Origin: Candidatus Latescibacterota bacterium
GTDB taxonomy: Bacteria > Latescibacterota > UBA2968 > GCA-2709665
Direction of reading: 5' to 3'
Assembly: GCA_965205485.1 (NCBI GenBank)
Contig: OZ242180.1
Span: 1,184,001 to 1,248,000 of the forward strand
DNA: 64,000 nt
The notes under the pieces: model-generated
What the model was told of the DNA's origin: nothing
What the model saw: the letters and a program-made list of their open reading frames with translations, nothing else
Database searches by the model: none
In this document: positions 28,018 through 39,200 of the stretch, one piece after another
How the letters are laid out: every line of letters begins with the position of its first letter
Position numbering within the stretch: position 1 is the first letter of the stretch
Made by a program: the position numbers and the translations under genes

Positions 28018-28910
28018 TCAGTTCGCCGGAATGGTGTAATAAGGCGATGCATTGGGATCACGTGCCGTACTTCCTCCGATGACCAGTTCGAGTCCCGCAG
28101 CATGTTCGCGTGCCACGACGTTCGCGCATCTCGGTGTCCCGGGGTTTAGGGGTCATCGGGCCTCGAGGTAAGCGTACCTCGCTTCATTTCGTCGAGCGCG
28201 ACCCAGTCGCCGTCGAGCCACGCCCTTGGACGGCGGATGGCTGCGCTTCGAACCTGCCGGGCAAGACAGTGCCGTGCTCTCACTACAAAATCCTCCACGA
28301 ACATCCCGAAGCGCTTCATCTGTGCACGCCTGGCGAAGCGTAAAGTGCCCACGAAGCGCCTGCTTTCCGTCGCGAGATCGGTTACGTGCAGGGTGATCGC
28401 ACTGCCCCCGTTCATCTCCACCTCAGTAACTTCGAAGCGATATGTCGACTCTACGGTCCATCGATAGTCCAACCTGCACTTTACCCCCGTTCCTTCACCT
28501 CCGAAAGGCCCGCACACGACGTCGCTCGCCTTGTCGATGAGCTTCGCATCGCCAAATCCCGGAGCGTCCCAGACCGAGAGTTGAAGCTGTCGATCGAAAC
28601 GGTCTCCTCCCCGCTGCAGTCCCGTGTATCCTCCGTCCCACTGGATTGCTGCGTAAAAGGTACCCGTCGGTTCGGTCAGCGGCGTCATGTCGATCGAGTA
28701 ACCCGCGCTGGGGTGACTCCGGTTGTGGATCCAGATGGTGGCATCTCCTGCGGGAGGATTGGCGGGTGTCGTGGACAGCGTCGCCAGTTCTTTCGTTACG
28801 CGGGAGTTTTCGTCTTCCACGGTGATCGATAGTGTGCCCGCTCCCGGCCAGCCCGCCTCCCAGGTCGTCTGGAAACGCCCAAGGCTGCTTATGCACTTCC
28901 AGGAAACCAT
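28018..28910 (-). pseudogene. DUF3472-like domain protein fragment, frameshifted near 28145
   Basis: FYAAIQWDGGYTGLQ, LSVWDA, FGGEGTGVKCRLDYRW; shifted frame continues GTPRCANVVAREHAAGLELVIGG to stop at 28018. Confidence 0.55.
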
Positions 28911-29167
28911 CGTCCGCGAGCTCCTTCATTGTCTCCGCAGGACGTTTCAGACCGATCCAATTACACCAAATAGGAAAACCGTACGTATCCAGCCGGCTTC
29001 ACGACAACAGGGGCCGGCTGGCCAGAGCCTGTGCCTGAACTATCGCAATTTTCGACAGTTGGCCGCGCTGTGTTGCCGCAATCCGCGACTTCAAAGAAGC
29101 ACTTTGCGACGCGATTGCGCGCACGGTTCCGGATTTCCCGTGCGTCTCGGCAACGGTTCTTCGAGAA

Positions 29168-29338
29168 TCAAGGCACAGCAGTGATTCGAAAATCATCACC
29201 GACACGGGTGCCCTGGAGTCCGTTCAGGTTGAAACTCGCGCTGCAAATCCTTCCCGATCCGAACGGCGTATAGTTGTAACAGCCGCCGCCGATACTTCTG
29301 AACGACCCTCCGCTGACGGTACAGCTCTGGTTGGGACG
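29168..29338 (-). pseudogene. Orphan Cys-containing C-terminal module
   Basis: RPNQSCTVSGG...FNLNGLQGTRVGDDFRITAVP* resembles C-termini of 26081-27283 and 29374-31434. Confidence 0.55.
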
Positions 29339-29373
29339 CGAAGCTGGTGGACGCCGTCTGACGACCTCAGTCA

Positions 29374-31434
29374 TTAATCCGCTACGTGAATTGTCCAACT
29401 GTTGCTGCCACTGTTTTTCGTGGCGTGAAAGTTCCACCGTACGCCGTTTATGTTGGCGCCTCTGGCGTCTATACCGGTACCGGCGCTGAAGAACGCGATA
29501 GATCCCCTTCCGGAACTGGATACAGAGAAGGTATTGCCCTTGTAAGTGCAGGTTTCGCCAGGATTCACGACCAACCCGGCCCTGCAAGCGCCCAGGTTGG
29601 ACGTGCCGCCGTCGAATTCTACGGTAACGCCTCGGCGCTGAAGAGTTGGAATGTGCGTGTTGCGCGATGCATTGCTCAAGGGATTACTCTTCAGATTTAC
29701 TGTATCACCGGTACCCAGGCCCGTGTTTGCCACCAATGGCGAAACATCCGAGATGTCGTTGTCTTCCAGTCCCAGGATTTCCAGGTTGGTCAAGGTGGAC
29801 AACGCGGATATGCGAGAGATATCGTTCTGGTTAAGGTACAGGTATTTAATGCTGGTCAAGTTGGACAGTGCGGAGATGTCTGAAATGCTGTTGTTCCAAA
29901 GAACCAGATTCACGAGGTCGGTCAAGTTGGACAGTGCAGCAACATTCGAGATGCTGTTGTGTTCAAGACCCAGCCGTGTCAGTTTGGTCAAGTTGGACAA
30001 GGCGGATATATCAGAGATACTGTTGTAATCCAGAAACAGCCATGTCAGGTTGGTCAAGGTGGATAGCCCGGATAGATTCGTGATGCTGTTTTCGAAAAGA
30101 TCCAGATAGAAGAGTCCGGTCAAGTCGGATAACGCGGAAATATCCGAGATCCCATTCTGGCTGAGTCCCAGCCGCGCCAGGTTGGTCAGGGTGGATAGCC
30201 CGGATAGATTCGTGATGCTGTTCTCGTTAAGGAACAGGTCTGTCAAGCCGGTCAAGCCGGAGAGGTCGGATATATCCGAGATGCTGTTTCTGTAGAGATC
30301 CAGATATGCCAGGTTTGCCAAGCCGGAGACGGGCGAGAGGTCGGATATATCGTTGCTGTTGACCCACTTCCCCCCTTCTTCCGCCCGCACTCGACCAAGG
30401 TTCAGGCCCCGCAAACTGGTGGCATGTTCGAGACCCGCAAGGTTACGAATCCCCATATTGGGCGCGTCAATACGTCTCAAGGTCGCCACCTCGGCACGGG
30501 TAATCGGCGCATTGGGCGCTTTGCCCAGGCTATCCGCGATCACCGCACGCAGGTTGTCATCGGGAATGGTCACCGTCTCTCCGTCGCCGGAAGATGTCCC
30601 CCCGCCGCCGGAGGGCGGAACCTGACTTCCGAACGCGCCGGCGAAGATCAGAAAATCCGAAAAAGCAACGGATCCGTCGCCGTCCAGATCGAACCTCGCC
30701 TCATACCGCGCGCCGCCCCGGTTGGACCCGAAACTGCCGGCAAATGCCAGGAAATCCGGAAACCCCACAGTCCCATCGCCGTCGAAGTCGGGCGACGGCG
30801 CGGTGTTGAACGAGATCTCAATGCTCGTCCTGAGTACGTCGCTGGACGTTGAACTCTCGGCGAGTGTGACAGACGCGATGCCGATGGAAAACGCCCTTCC
30901 CGTTACGTCTGCAACCGTCTCGAACTCCGCGCGCGCCAGGAATCCCGAAGATGCCAGTGTCGCGGGCGAAGTGGAGGCGAGGGCTGCGCCGACGGATCCC
31001 TCGGGCAGCGAAAGGGCAAACGCGCTGTTTTCGGCTTTGACGAAAGACACGAGAGAGGCATCGAAGTCGAATCTGAGGATGACGCCGCGCAGAGTGGTCG
31101 TGACCCCCGTGGCGAAGACTTCAAGGGCGATGGTCGTGCCGCGTCCCGACACGTTGCCCGTCGTCACCCCGTCGTCCCTCCGGTTGCCCGCCCCGCCGTC
31201 AGCGATCAGGTCAAGCGACAAAACCGCATTCACATTGTTACCCAGGGCGATTTTCGCGGCGCGTTCCGACATCGTACGTTCGACGGCGTCTGCATCCCCG
31301 GCGGTAGCCAACTCACCGCCTTCAATCAGGTCAAGAGTCAAGATCCCGTCTTCGCTGGACACGACGAGAGCTGCACCTGTTATCACGGAGAAGCCGACAA
31401 CCGCAATCGACAACAGGCGAAATACAGGATTCAT
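29374..31434 (-). CDS. Secreted protein: cohesin-like domain + dockerin-like pair + internalin-type LRRs + Cys-containing C-terminal module
   Basis: Signal peptide; ILRFDFDASLVSF and GFLARAEF cohesin-like strands; IPDDNLRAVI LRR cap; 22-aa L.L..NSISDISALSNLT repeats. Confidence 0.85.
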   Translation of the reverse strand: MNPVFRLLSIAVVGFSVITGAALVVSSEDGILTLDLIEGGELATAGDADAVERTMSERAAKIALGNNVNAVLSLDLIADGGAGNRRDDGVTTGNVSGRGTTIALEVFATGVTTTLRGVILRFDFDASLVSFVKAENSAFALSLPEGSVGAALASTSPATLASSGFLARAEFETVADVTGRAFSIGIASVTLAESSTSSDVLRTSIEISFNTAPSPDFDGDGTVGFPDFLAFAGSFGSNRGGARYEARFDLDGDGSVAFSDFLIFAGAFGSQVPPSGGGGTSSGDGETVTIPDDNLRAVIADSLGKAPNAPITRAEVATLRRIDAPNMGIRNLAGLEHATSLRGLNLGRVRAEEGGKWVNSNDISDLSPVSGLANLAYLDLYRNSISDISDLSGLTGLTDLFLNENSITNLSGLSTLTNLARLGLSQNGISDISALSDLTGLFYLDLFENSITNLSGLSTLTNLTWLFLDYNSISDISALSNLTKLTRLGLEHNSISNVAALSNLTDLVNLVLWNNSISDISALSNLTSIKYLYLNQNDISRISALSTLTNLEILGLEDNDISDVSPLVANTGLGTGDTVNLKSNPLSNASRNTHIPTLQRRGVTVEFDGGTSNLGACRAGLVVNPGETCTYKGNTFSVSSSGRGSIAFFSAGTGIDARGANINGVRWNFHATKNSGSNSWTIHVAD

Positions 31435-31657
31435 TGCAAGTCCTCCCTTGTATCCGTTTGGATAATTGGCCTGTGGCGCGGTCAGCCGTCAAAACAGGCC
31501 CTTACTGCACGCCAAAAAATACTGCCGATGCCCGTCCCAGTCGAGACGTTCTTGCGTAACCGCCAGACATCGGGATTCGTCGCGGAACCACCCATCTTCA
31601 GGTTCTGCACGGAAGATTCGCCAACGACCACCGGCATTACGTCGTCAGGTTCAACGA

Positions 31658-34600
31658 TCAGTTCAAGCTCTTGCCGAAGTCGGCGGCAAAGATCAAAAAA
31701 TCGCTGAACCCGATGGTACCGTTGCCGTCCAGATCGAAGCGTGCTTCGTATTCCGCATCGCCCTTTTTCGATCCGAACTTCCCGGCGAACTGCACGAAAT
31801 CCCCGAAGCCTACGGTCCCGTCACCGTCGAAGTCAGGGTTGGCGACAGACGGTGCGATGTACCTGAAAACATCCCACAGCAGCACGGTACCATCCGATGC
31901 GCCCGAGGCCAGGACGTGGCCGTCACCTGAAAACGCCACAGAATGGACATGCCCATTGTGCCCTTTCAGATTGGCTATCTGTTCATGTGTCGCCATGTCC
32001 CACAGCATCACGGAAAACCAGGTGCCGGAAGCAAGAACTCCTCCGTCGGACGAAAACGCCACCGAATAAACCCCGAACGGGTTTTTCATCGTGGCGATAT
32101 CTGTTCTCGTCCGGACGTCCCATATGCGCACGGTACCGTCTCCATCGCCCGCCCCCGACGCCAGCGTCTTCCCATCGGACGAAAACGCCACCGAATGCAC
32201 TGAACTCGTGTGACCTTCCAGAGTCCCAATCTGTTCCCGCGTCCTCAGATCCCACAGCTTGACGGTGCGGTCCCACGACCCAGAAGCCAGATGAGCACGG
32301 TCGGGAGAAAACGTAATGGAAGCGACACGATCCGTATGCCCTTCAAGCGTGAAGATCCGGCTCCTCTTCGCCGTGTCCCACAGACTTAGCGTTCCGTCTC
32401 GCTCCCCTGACGCCAGCATTTTCCCGTCCGTCGAAAACGCGACTGCCGTGATTTGATCCAAGTGCCCTTCCAGAGTTTCCGTCAATTCTCGCGCCCTCAG
32501 GTTCCACAGCTTGACGGTGCGGTCCCACGATCCTGATGCCAGGAGGGCGCCGTCAGGAGAAAACGACACGGAGCTGACTCTGGCCGTATGCCCCTCCAGG
32601 GTGGCGATCCTCGTTCGAGTATCTGCGTCCCACAGCCTGAGCTTGCCGTCCTTTTGTCCCGAAACCACTGTGACGCCATCGCGCGAGAGCGCCGCCGAGG
32701 ACAGCGCCAGGTGACCCAACAGCCCGGCTGCATTGCCCGTCTCCAGGTCTCGCAGCAGCACTGTGCCATCGGCGGCGCCGGAGACAAGGGCGGCGTCATC
32801 GAGGGAAAATGCCACCGAATGGACCGCATCCCTGTGATCTTCGAAGACAGAGATCAAGCCTTCAGTCGCCACGTCCCACAGCCGGACCGTACGGTCGGAC
32901 GAGCCCGATGCCAGAGTGGCACCGTCGGGAGAAAATGAAACGGAGCGCACCGAACCCCCGTGTCCCCTCAGTGTGGCGACCTCGGTTTGTGCTGACACGT
33001 CCCATAACCTGACTGTACGGTCCCCTGAACCCGACGCCAGGAGCGCGCCGTCAGGAGAAAACGACACCGAAGTGATACGGTCCGCGTGTCCCTCCAGTGC
33101 GGCTACTTCCGTCCGGGTCGCCACGTCCCAGAGTCTGACGGTGCCGTCCTGAAAACCCGAGGCCAGCCGACTCCCGTCCGGCGAGAAGTCCACGGAGAGG
33201 AAGAAGAGAATATCATTCTTTGGCTGCACTTCCCATGTACCCACCTCGCGCCTCGACTCAACGTCCCATACTTTGATGACCTGTTCCCACGAACCGGAAG
33301 CGAGGCGAGATCCATCCGGCGAAAAGACCACAGTCGTGACGTATCCGGCATGCCTGAGTCTCCCGATTTGCGTGCCGGTTTCCACCGCCCACAACACAAC
33401 CCCGGTGTATTGCGTTCCGGCCGCAAGGACGCCTTTTGACGAAATTGCCACCGAGAGTACCGAACGCCCCGTGGGCAGCAGCGAACGAACTCGGGATGTG
33501 CCCGCATCATACAGCCACACGCCGATGGCGCTGGCAACGGCCAGAGTGCGGCCGTCCGGCGAAAGGGCAACTGCACGGTCGCCTTCCCCCATGGCGCCCT
33601 TGCCCAGACGCACCGTCGCGGACGCCGGCAGATGCCAGGTACGGTAGTCTCCATGCAGTTCCGTCACGCCGGCGCCCACGCCCTCGGCGGCAAACGTCCC
33701 CATCTCTCGACCGCCAAGGGAAACGACGACGATGTTCCGACCCGGATGGGGACCTAGAGTAAGGGACGTCCTGGCCCTGCCGTTTGCATCGGTCCTCACG
33801 CGTTCAACCTTGAAACGGTTGCTGAGCCTGCCGTCGCCGACCGTAACCGTGAATGTGACAACCGCATCTGGCATGGGATTGCCGTACTGATCGCGCACTT
33901 CCACCACCAGGGGCCGCGGCAGGGCCTCCCCGGACGGGCCCTGCTGGCCGGCGCCGGAGACAATCTCCAGCCTGGAAGGCGAAGCGGGCGGCAGCCACAC
34001 AGGCAGGTTCGCGATCGAGGCTCGCGCAGACGCCGACGTCGGGACGCCCCACCCCTCGAAGAACGGCCCGAGGTTGCGGCCCACCTGCCGGGAGAAGCGC
34101 ACCAGCCACTGATCGCGCTTCTCGTCGTCGCTCTTCGGGCGTTCGGCGTCCGGCAGGGCGCGGTACGTGGCGAATACCTGCCGGAAGGCGTCCCAGCCGA
34201 ACGCCTGCTGCAACTGGACGTACATGAACAGGGCGAAAGCCGGCGCTCGTTTCCACTGCTCGAAGTCCGGGTTTTCGTAGTCGTAACGCGCGATCATCTC
34301 CCGCGATCGCGCATCGACCCAGCCGTAGTAGCTCTCGGTGACCGGGATCCCGCACAGGTACTCATACACGTACAGCGTGAACAGGTTGACGACGACTTCG
34401 AGGGCGCCGTCGAACGTCCAGTCCCGGCTCTGGTGGTTGTGACCCACCTCGTGGAAGATGCCCCAGTTGCCCTCCGTTCGCAGGTGCTCCACATCCACCA
34501 CGTTGGCCTGCTGGTCCAGGTGCGCCATGATGGGGTACCCGGAAAGCATGTGCCCACGGCTGATCTGCCGATCCACGACGAACCGCTCCCGTCTCAAGCG

Positions 34601-36289
34601 GGCGGGCGTGGGCCAGGCGGCCAGTTCCGCGCTCAGGTCCAGCACGCGGTCCCAGGTCTGCGCCAAGGCGACCGGGTCATCGAGGTTGCGTACTTCAGAA
34701 GAGCGCGTGGTTACGATCATGTTCCGCCCGGCGATTTCGGCCCACGGGCCGGGCGCATGGCGGATCTCGTTGCGCCAGACGGCTGGATCTGTCTCGCCCG
34801 ACACGAAGAGGGGCGCCGCCACGGCGCCTGCGATTGTGACGATGATCGCTCCGAGGTCGGTTTTGACCGGAACCTCGATGTAGATCAGCCCGCCGAACGC
34901 ATTTGCGACGGGAGTCGTAGCCGCTTTGACGGGAAAGCTGCGGCTGATCACCGGCATGCGCGTCCATTCTTCGCGGACCGAGATGTCCTGGTCGTGGGCG
35001 CCCACCCGCACGTTGACGTCCCCGGTGGCGGCAACCGCTGCCGGCATGGTCACCGTTACCAACTCGCCCGGCGCGGCATAGAGGCCGGTTGAATGCCAGC
35101 GGTTCTTGCTCCGTTGGGAGTAAAAGCTTGTGATGTGCCCGACATGTTCGGTGGCATGGATGGTTAGGGTGCGCGTGATTCGCCGGGCATCGACAGGGAC
35201 CGATCCGGGGAAATCCGCGGCTGCGGGATGCGCATTCACGGATTCCGGCGGCGTGCGGAGATGTTCCGTCACGAAGAGCGTGGCGGCCAGCCGGTCAAGT
35301 ATATCCACCTCCCTCACCGGACGTTCGGCAGATGGCCACCGGCGCTCGTTGGGGTCGATGAGCCCGCGCAGGCGCGGCGCGAGCAGCGTATCGTCAGGAG
35401 GTAGGGCCCTCAAGGCGCTTGTCAGGGTGTACGTGGCCTGTGTGATTTCCCGTTGAGTCAACCCATTCGCCTCGACAGCGTCTAGCGCCTTGCCGGCATG
35501 GGTCAGTTCATCGGGCAGCGCGGCGACGGCGAAGCCCCGTGGCGAAGTGTCGCCGAGGTAAGACCTTGTCCACTGAATGCCTGCGGGTGCGAGCAGCCGG
35601 TTGCCGGCAAAGTCTTCAGCAAGATCCAGGTCCGGATGCCGATCGGCCCACCACGAACCGTGGGCGGCCGTCACCAGGCCTCCACCACTCCGAATGTAGT
35701 CCGACAACGCCGCGATTTCCCGCTCGTTCTGATTCCACAAGGACACGGTCACAACATCGAATGATCGCAGGGACTGGGGCGTCAGTGAGGTTCTCGTGAC
35801 ATCCAGGCCGTTCCCCGTCAGGTAGTTCCGCAACTCAAGTGGACCTGCCACGCCGATGCGGAGGGGCTCGGAGCGATTTTTCTTACCGGCCCAATGCAAT
35901 GCATTCACAATCAGACGCCCGGTGTGGGCGCTCTCCAGCACGGAACGGACAACAAAGTAGTCCGAGTCACCCAGAGCGACCACGCGCCCGGACTCCCAAC
36001 GGCCGGCCGCCGCAGCCGGGCCGCGTACATCGGGTTGGCCGGCTAGGGGTGCACCGACGACCACGGGGAAGGCTTCGGGGCCATAAACGCACAGGGAACC
36101 CGCGCCCGGCGCGGCAATCTCGGACACACCGTCGAGCAGGGTGTCCAGATCGTCGCTTCCGGCCATACAGGGTGGCGGCGCTGAGAACGCAAGCAATGGC
36201 ACTGCGATCGATGCGATGCAAAGAAGGCGCATGTTCGGGACTTTCAATTCTGACATCGCACAGCGAACGTGTCGGGAGGAGCGGCTCAT
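31658..36289 (-). CDS. Secreted M60-like (enhancin/mucinase-type) metallopeptidase + Big domain + WD40 propellers + C-terminal dockerin-like pair
   Basis: WHSTGLYAAPGE, FGGLIYI, PWAE, WGIFHEVGHNHQ...EVVVNLF; WD40 repeats; true start may be ATG ~36232. Confidence 0.9.
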   Translation of the reverse strand: MSRSSRHVRCAMSELKVPNMRLLCIASIAVPLLAFSAPPPCMAGSDDLDTLLDGVSEIAAPGAGSLCVYGPEAFPVVVGAPLAGQPDVRGPAAAAGRWESGRVVALGDSDYFVVRSVLESAHTGRLIVNALHWAGKKNRSEPLRIGVAGPLELRNYLTGNGLDVTRTSLTPQSLRSFDVVTVSLWNQNEREIAALSDYIRSGGGLVTAAHGSWWADRHPDLDLAEDFAGNRLLAPAGIQWTRSYLGDTSPRGFAVAALPDELTHAGKALDAVEANGLTQREITQATYTLTSALRALPPDDTLLAPRLRGLIDPNERRWPSAERPVREVDILDRLAATLFVTEHLRTPPESVNAHPAAADFPGSVPVDARRITRTLTIHATEHVGHITSFYSQRSKNRWHSTGLYAAPGELVTVTMPAAVAATGDVNVRVGAHDQDISVREEWTRMPVISRSFPVKAATTPVANAFGGLIYIEVPVKTDLGAIIVTIAGAVAAPLFVSGETDPAVWRNEIRHAPGPWAEIAGRNMIVTTRSSEVRNLDDPVALAQTWDRVLDLSAELAAWPTPARLRRERFVVDRQISRGHMLSGYPIMAHLDQQANVVDVEHLRTEGNWGIFHEVGHNHQSRDWTFDGALEVVVNLFTLYVYEYLCGIPVTESYYGWVDARSREMIARYDYENPDFEQWKRAPAFALFMYVQLQQAFGWDAFRQVFATYRALPDAERPKSDDEKRDQWLVRFSRQVGRNLGPFFEGWGVPTSASARASIANLPVWLPPASPSRLEIVSGAGQQGPSGEALPRPLVVEVRDQYGNPMPDAVVTFTVTVGDGRLSNRFKVERVRTDANGRARTSLTLGPHPGRNIVVVSLGGREMGTFAAEGVGAGVTELHGDYRTWHLPASATVRLGKGAMGEGDRAVALSPDGRTLAVASAIGVWLYDAGTSRVRSLLPTGRSVLSVAISSKGVLAAGTQYTGVVLWAVETGTQIGRLRHAGYVTTVVFSPDGSRLASGSWEQVIKVWDVESRREVGTWEVQPKNDILFFLSVDFSPDGSRLASGFQDGTVRLWDVATRTEVAALEGHADRITSVSFSPDGALLASGSGDRTVRLWDVSAQTEVATLRGHGGSVRSVSFSPDGATLASGSSDRTVRLWDVATEGLISVFEDHRDAVHSVAFSLDDAALVSGAADGTVLLRDLETGNAAGLLGHLALSSAALSRDGVTVVSGQKDGKLRLWDADTRTRIATLEGHTARVSSVSFSPDGALLASGSWDRTVKLWNLRARELTETLEGHLDQITAVAFSTDGKMLASGERDGTLSLWDTAKRSRIFTLEGHTDRVASITFSPDRAHLASGSWDRTVKLWDLRTREQIGTLEGHTSSVHSVAFSSDGKTLASGAGDGDGTVRIWDVRTRTDIATMKNPFGVYSVAFSSDGGVLASGTWFSVMLWDMATHEQIANLKGHNGHVHSVAFSGDGHVLASGASDGTVLLWDVFRYIAPSVANPDFDGDGTVGFGDFVQFAGKFGSKKGDAEYEARFDLDGNGTIGFSDFLIFAADFGKSLN

Positions 36290-39200
36290 CCACCCTGGCC
36301 GAAGCTTTCTGCAAGGATCAGAAGATCGCTGAACCCGATTGTACCGTTTCCGTCGAGATCGAAGCGCTCATCATACCCCGCGTCTCCCCTGCTCAGACCG
36401 TAAGCGCCGACAAACAGCAGAAAATCCGGAAAGCCCACCGTTCCATCACCGTCGAAGTCGGCGATGCTGGTTGGACGCACGATGTAAGGTGTTAAATCCC
36501 ATAGCAGCATTGTGCCGTCGTCTGACGCAGAACCGAGCATCCTGCCATCGGGAGAGTACGAAACGGAGCGAACGTCGTGCCTGTGCCCGTAGAAGGTGGC
36601 GATCTCCTCCAGCGTTTCCATATTCCAAAGCACGACTGTGCCTTTGTGCGACCCGGCAGCGAGGATCCGCCCGTCAGGGGAAAACGCCCCGGAGAACAGC
36701 TGGCTGCCGTTCGGTTTCTCCAGGGTGGCGACTCTCTCGCCTGTCGCCACGTCGTAAAGCAGGACCACGGAATCAATCCGAGGCCCCTTCTCCGTTCCGG
36801 AGGCGATCGTCGTTCCGTCCGGGGAGAACGCCAGAAAGCCGAGGTTGCCGCCGACACCGAGAAAACCCTGGTACACGGTATTGAGGTTCTCCAGAGTTGC
36901 CGCATCCCAGAGCTGAATGAATCCATCGACAGATTTTGTAGCCAGCACAGACCCATCCGGGGCATACGACACCAGGGGCGCATTCACGGAGACCGCGGAC
37001 TGCGCTCCGGTCGCCACGTCCCACAGGACCAACTCGTCTCTACCCCCTGAAGCGACCGTCGCGCCATCGGGCGAAACCACAAGCGTGTTGATTACGCACC
37101 CGCCTCTGAAATGTCTCGCTACAGCTACATATGTTCCCATGGCCAGATCCCACACCCTGATTTCTTCGAATGCTCCGGAGACGAGCGTCCCGTTACGGAG
37201 GAACGCAAGGGACGTCACACCGCTCGCATGGCCTTCAAGCGAAGCCACTTTTTCATGAGTCTCAACATCCCAAAGCGTGATCGTCCTGTCGTCCGACCCT
37301 GAGGCGAAGATCCCCCCCAAGGGAGAAAACGCCACCGACGTGGTGGCGCTTTCTTTTTCAATCCTGTCGACAATCCCTCTTGCCTGCACGTCCCACAGGT
37401 CGACCCTGCCGTCGAAGGACGCCGAAACGAGGGTGTTGCCATCGGTGGAAAAGGAAACGGAACGGACCTCGCCCGTTTGCCCATAGAGGGTGGCGACGCT
37501 CTCATGGGAGCCCGCGTCCCAGAGTCGGATCGTGCCGTCGGACGACGCCGACGCAACGGTACTTCCATCGGGCGAATAGGAAACGGATCGTACGTCGTCC
37601 GTATGCCCGTAGAGTGTGGCCAGATTCGTATGTGTCGCCGCGTCCCAAAGGCGGACCGTCCTGTCGAAGGATCCCGAAGCGATCGTCTGCCCGTCGGGAG
37701 AAAAGGAAATGGAGCGGACAAAGAACTTGTGCCCCGTCAAGGTACCGGCCTTTTCATGTGCCGCCACGTCCCACAGGCTTATCGTATGGTGGTTGTTGTC
37801 TGCCGCGGCGAGGAGCCTCCCGTCCGGGGAAAACGCCAGGGGATTGTAATCGAGAACGGCCCTGCTGGGCTTCCCCTCATAGGTTGCAACCCTTTGCCAC
37901 GTACCCGTATCCCACATCACAATCGAATTATCCGAGGATACGCAGGCAAGCAGCCCGCCGTCGGGTGAAAACGCCACGCCCTGGGGCCAGCGTCCCCAGC
38001 CTCCCCAGTCTCCCAGAAAGCTAAGCCCGGCGACTGGCGTGTTCGTCGTCGTATCCCATACCTTAATGTTGGTATCGAAGTATACCCGCTCGGACCAGGC
38101 GATCATGGCGCCGTCCGGGGAAAACGCCATGGATTCGATCAGGTGTTCGGCCGGCATCAGCCCGGCAGGCTGCAATGTTGCCAGGTCGTACGTCCATATT
38201 CCGATATTTCGTGCTGCAGCAAGGCGATGACCGTCCGGCGAAAAGGAAACCGCTCTGTCGCCGAGACTGAGGCGGCCCTTTCCCAGCCGCGCAATCGCGT
38301 CATCGGGCAGGTGCCACGTCCGAAAGTCGCCCTTCGTGGCTGGAAGCGAAATACCGGTCCCCACCCCCATGGCTTGAAACGTTACAGGCTCGAGCCCGCT
38401 GACGGATACCGTGACCGTATTTGTCCCGGGGCGCGGACCAAGCGTAAGCCTCCGTCCGGCATGCCCATTCATGTCGGTCACTGCATGCTCGAGCCTGAAC
38501 CTTCCGCTGAGTCTCCCCCCACCCATGGCTACGGCAAAGGCAACCTGCACGTCGGGGAGGGGATTGTCGTTCCGATCTCTCACCTCAACAGTGAAGCGTC
38601 TTTCCAGTGGCGTGCCGGGCGTACCCCGCTGGTTGGCGCCGTCGATTTTTTCCAACCTGTGAGGCGTGGTTCTGACGACGTCGTTCGGAAGCTCCGAAAT
38701 TTCGAAGCGTGTCCTCTCACCATTCCCGTCCCTGTCGACTGCCTCGACAGCGAGAGGGTGTACGGAAGGTTCGGAGAGGCTTGAAAAACGAACCCAGTCC
38801 CCGGGAATGACGCCGTCATAATCGAACGTGACCACGGCGTCTCTTTCACCGGCCAACACACTGCACGCCTTGACGCTGTTTGGTACGTGCAGGATTACCT
38901 GATGAAGGCCATCCGGGTCGTTTACTTCGAGTTTAACCGCTACGTTCGTTGAGCCGGCCGGATAGGTGAGAGGTGAAATGAGTTCGATCGATGGCGGATG
39001 TCCGCTCTCCGATGGGCTGTTCGCATCGAAATAAGGATGGGCGGCCAGAAATCCGGCGTTACACATGGACAACCGCGAGTCGGGTAGATTGCCATACGAC
39101 ATGACGTACTCATTGTGACGGAAGTCATGCCCCAAGCCGAAGGTATGGCCCAGTTCATGGCTAACGACGTTGTGATAGTTCCACGGGTCCATTTCGTCGC

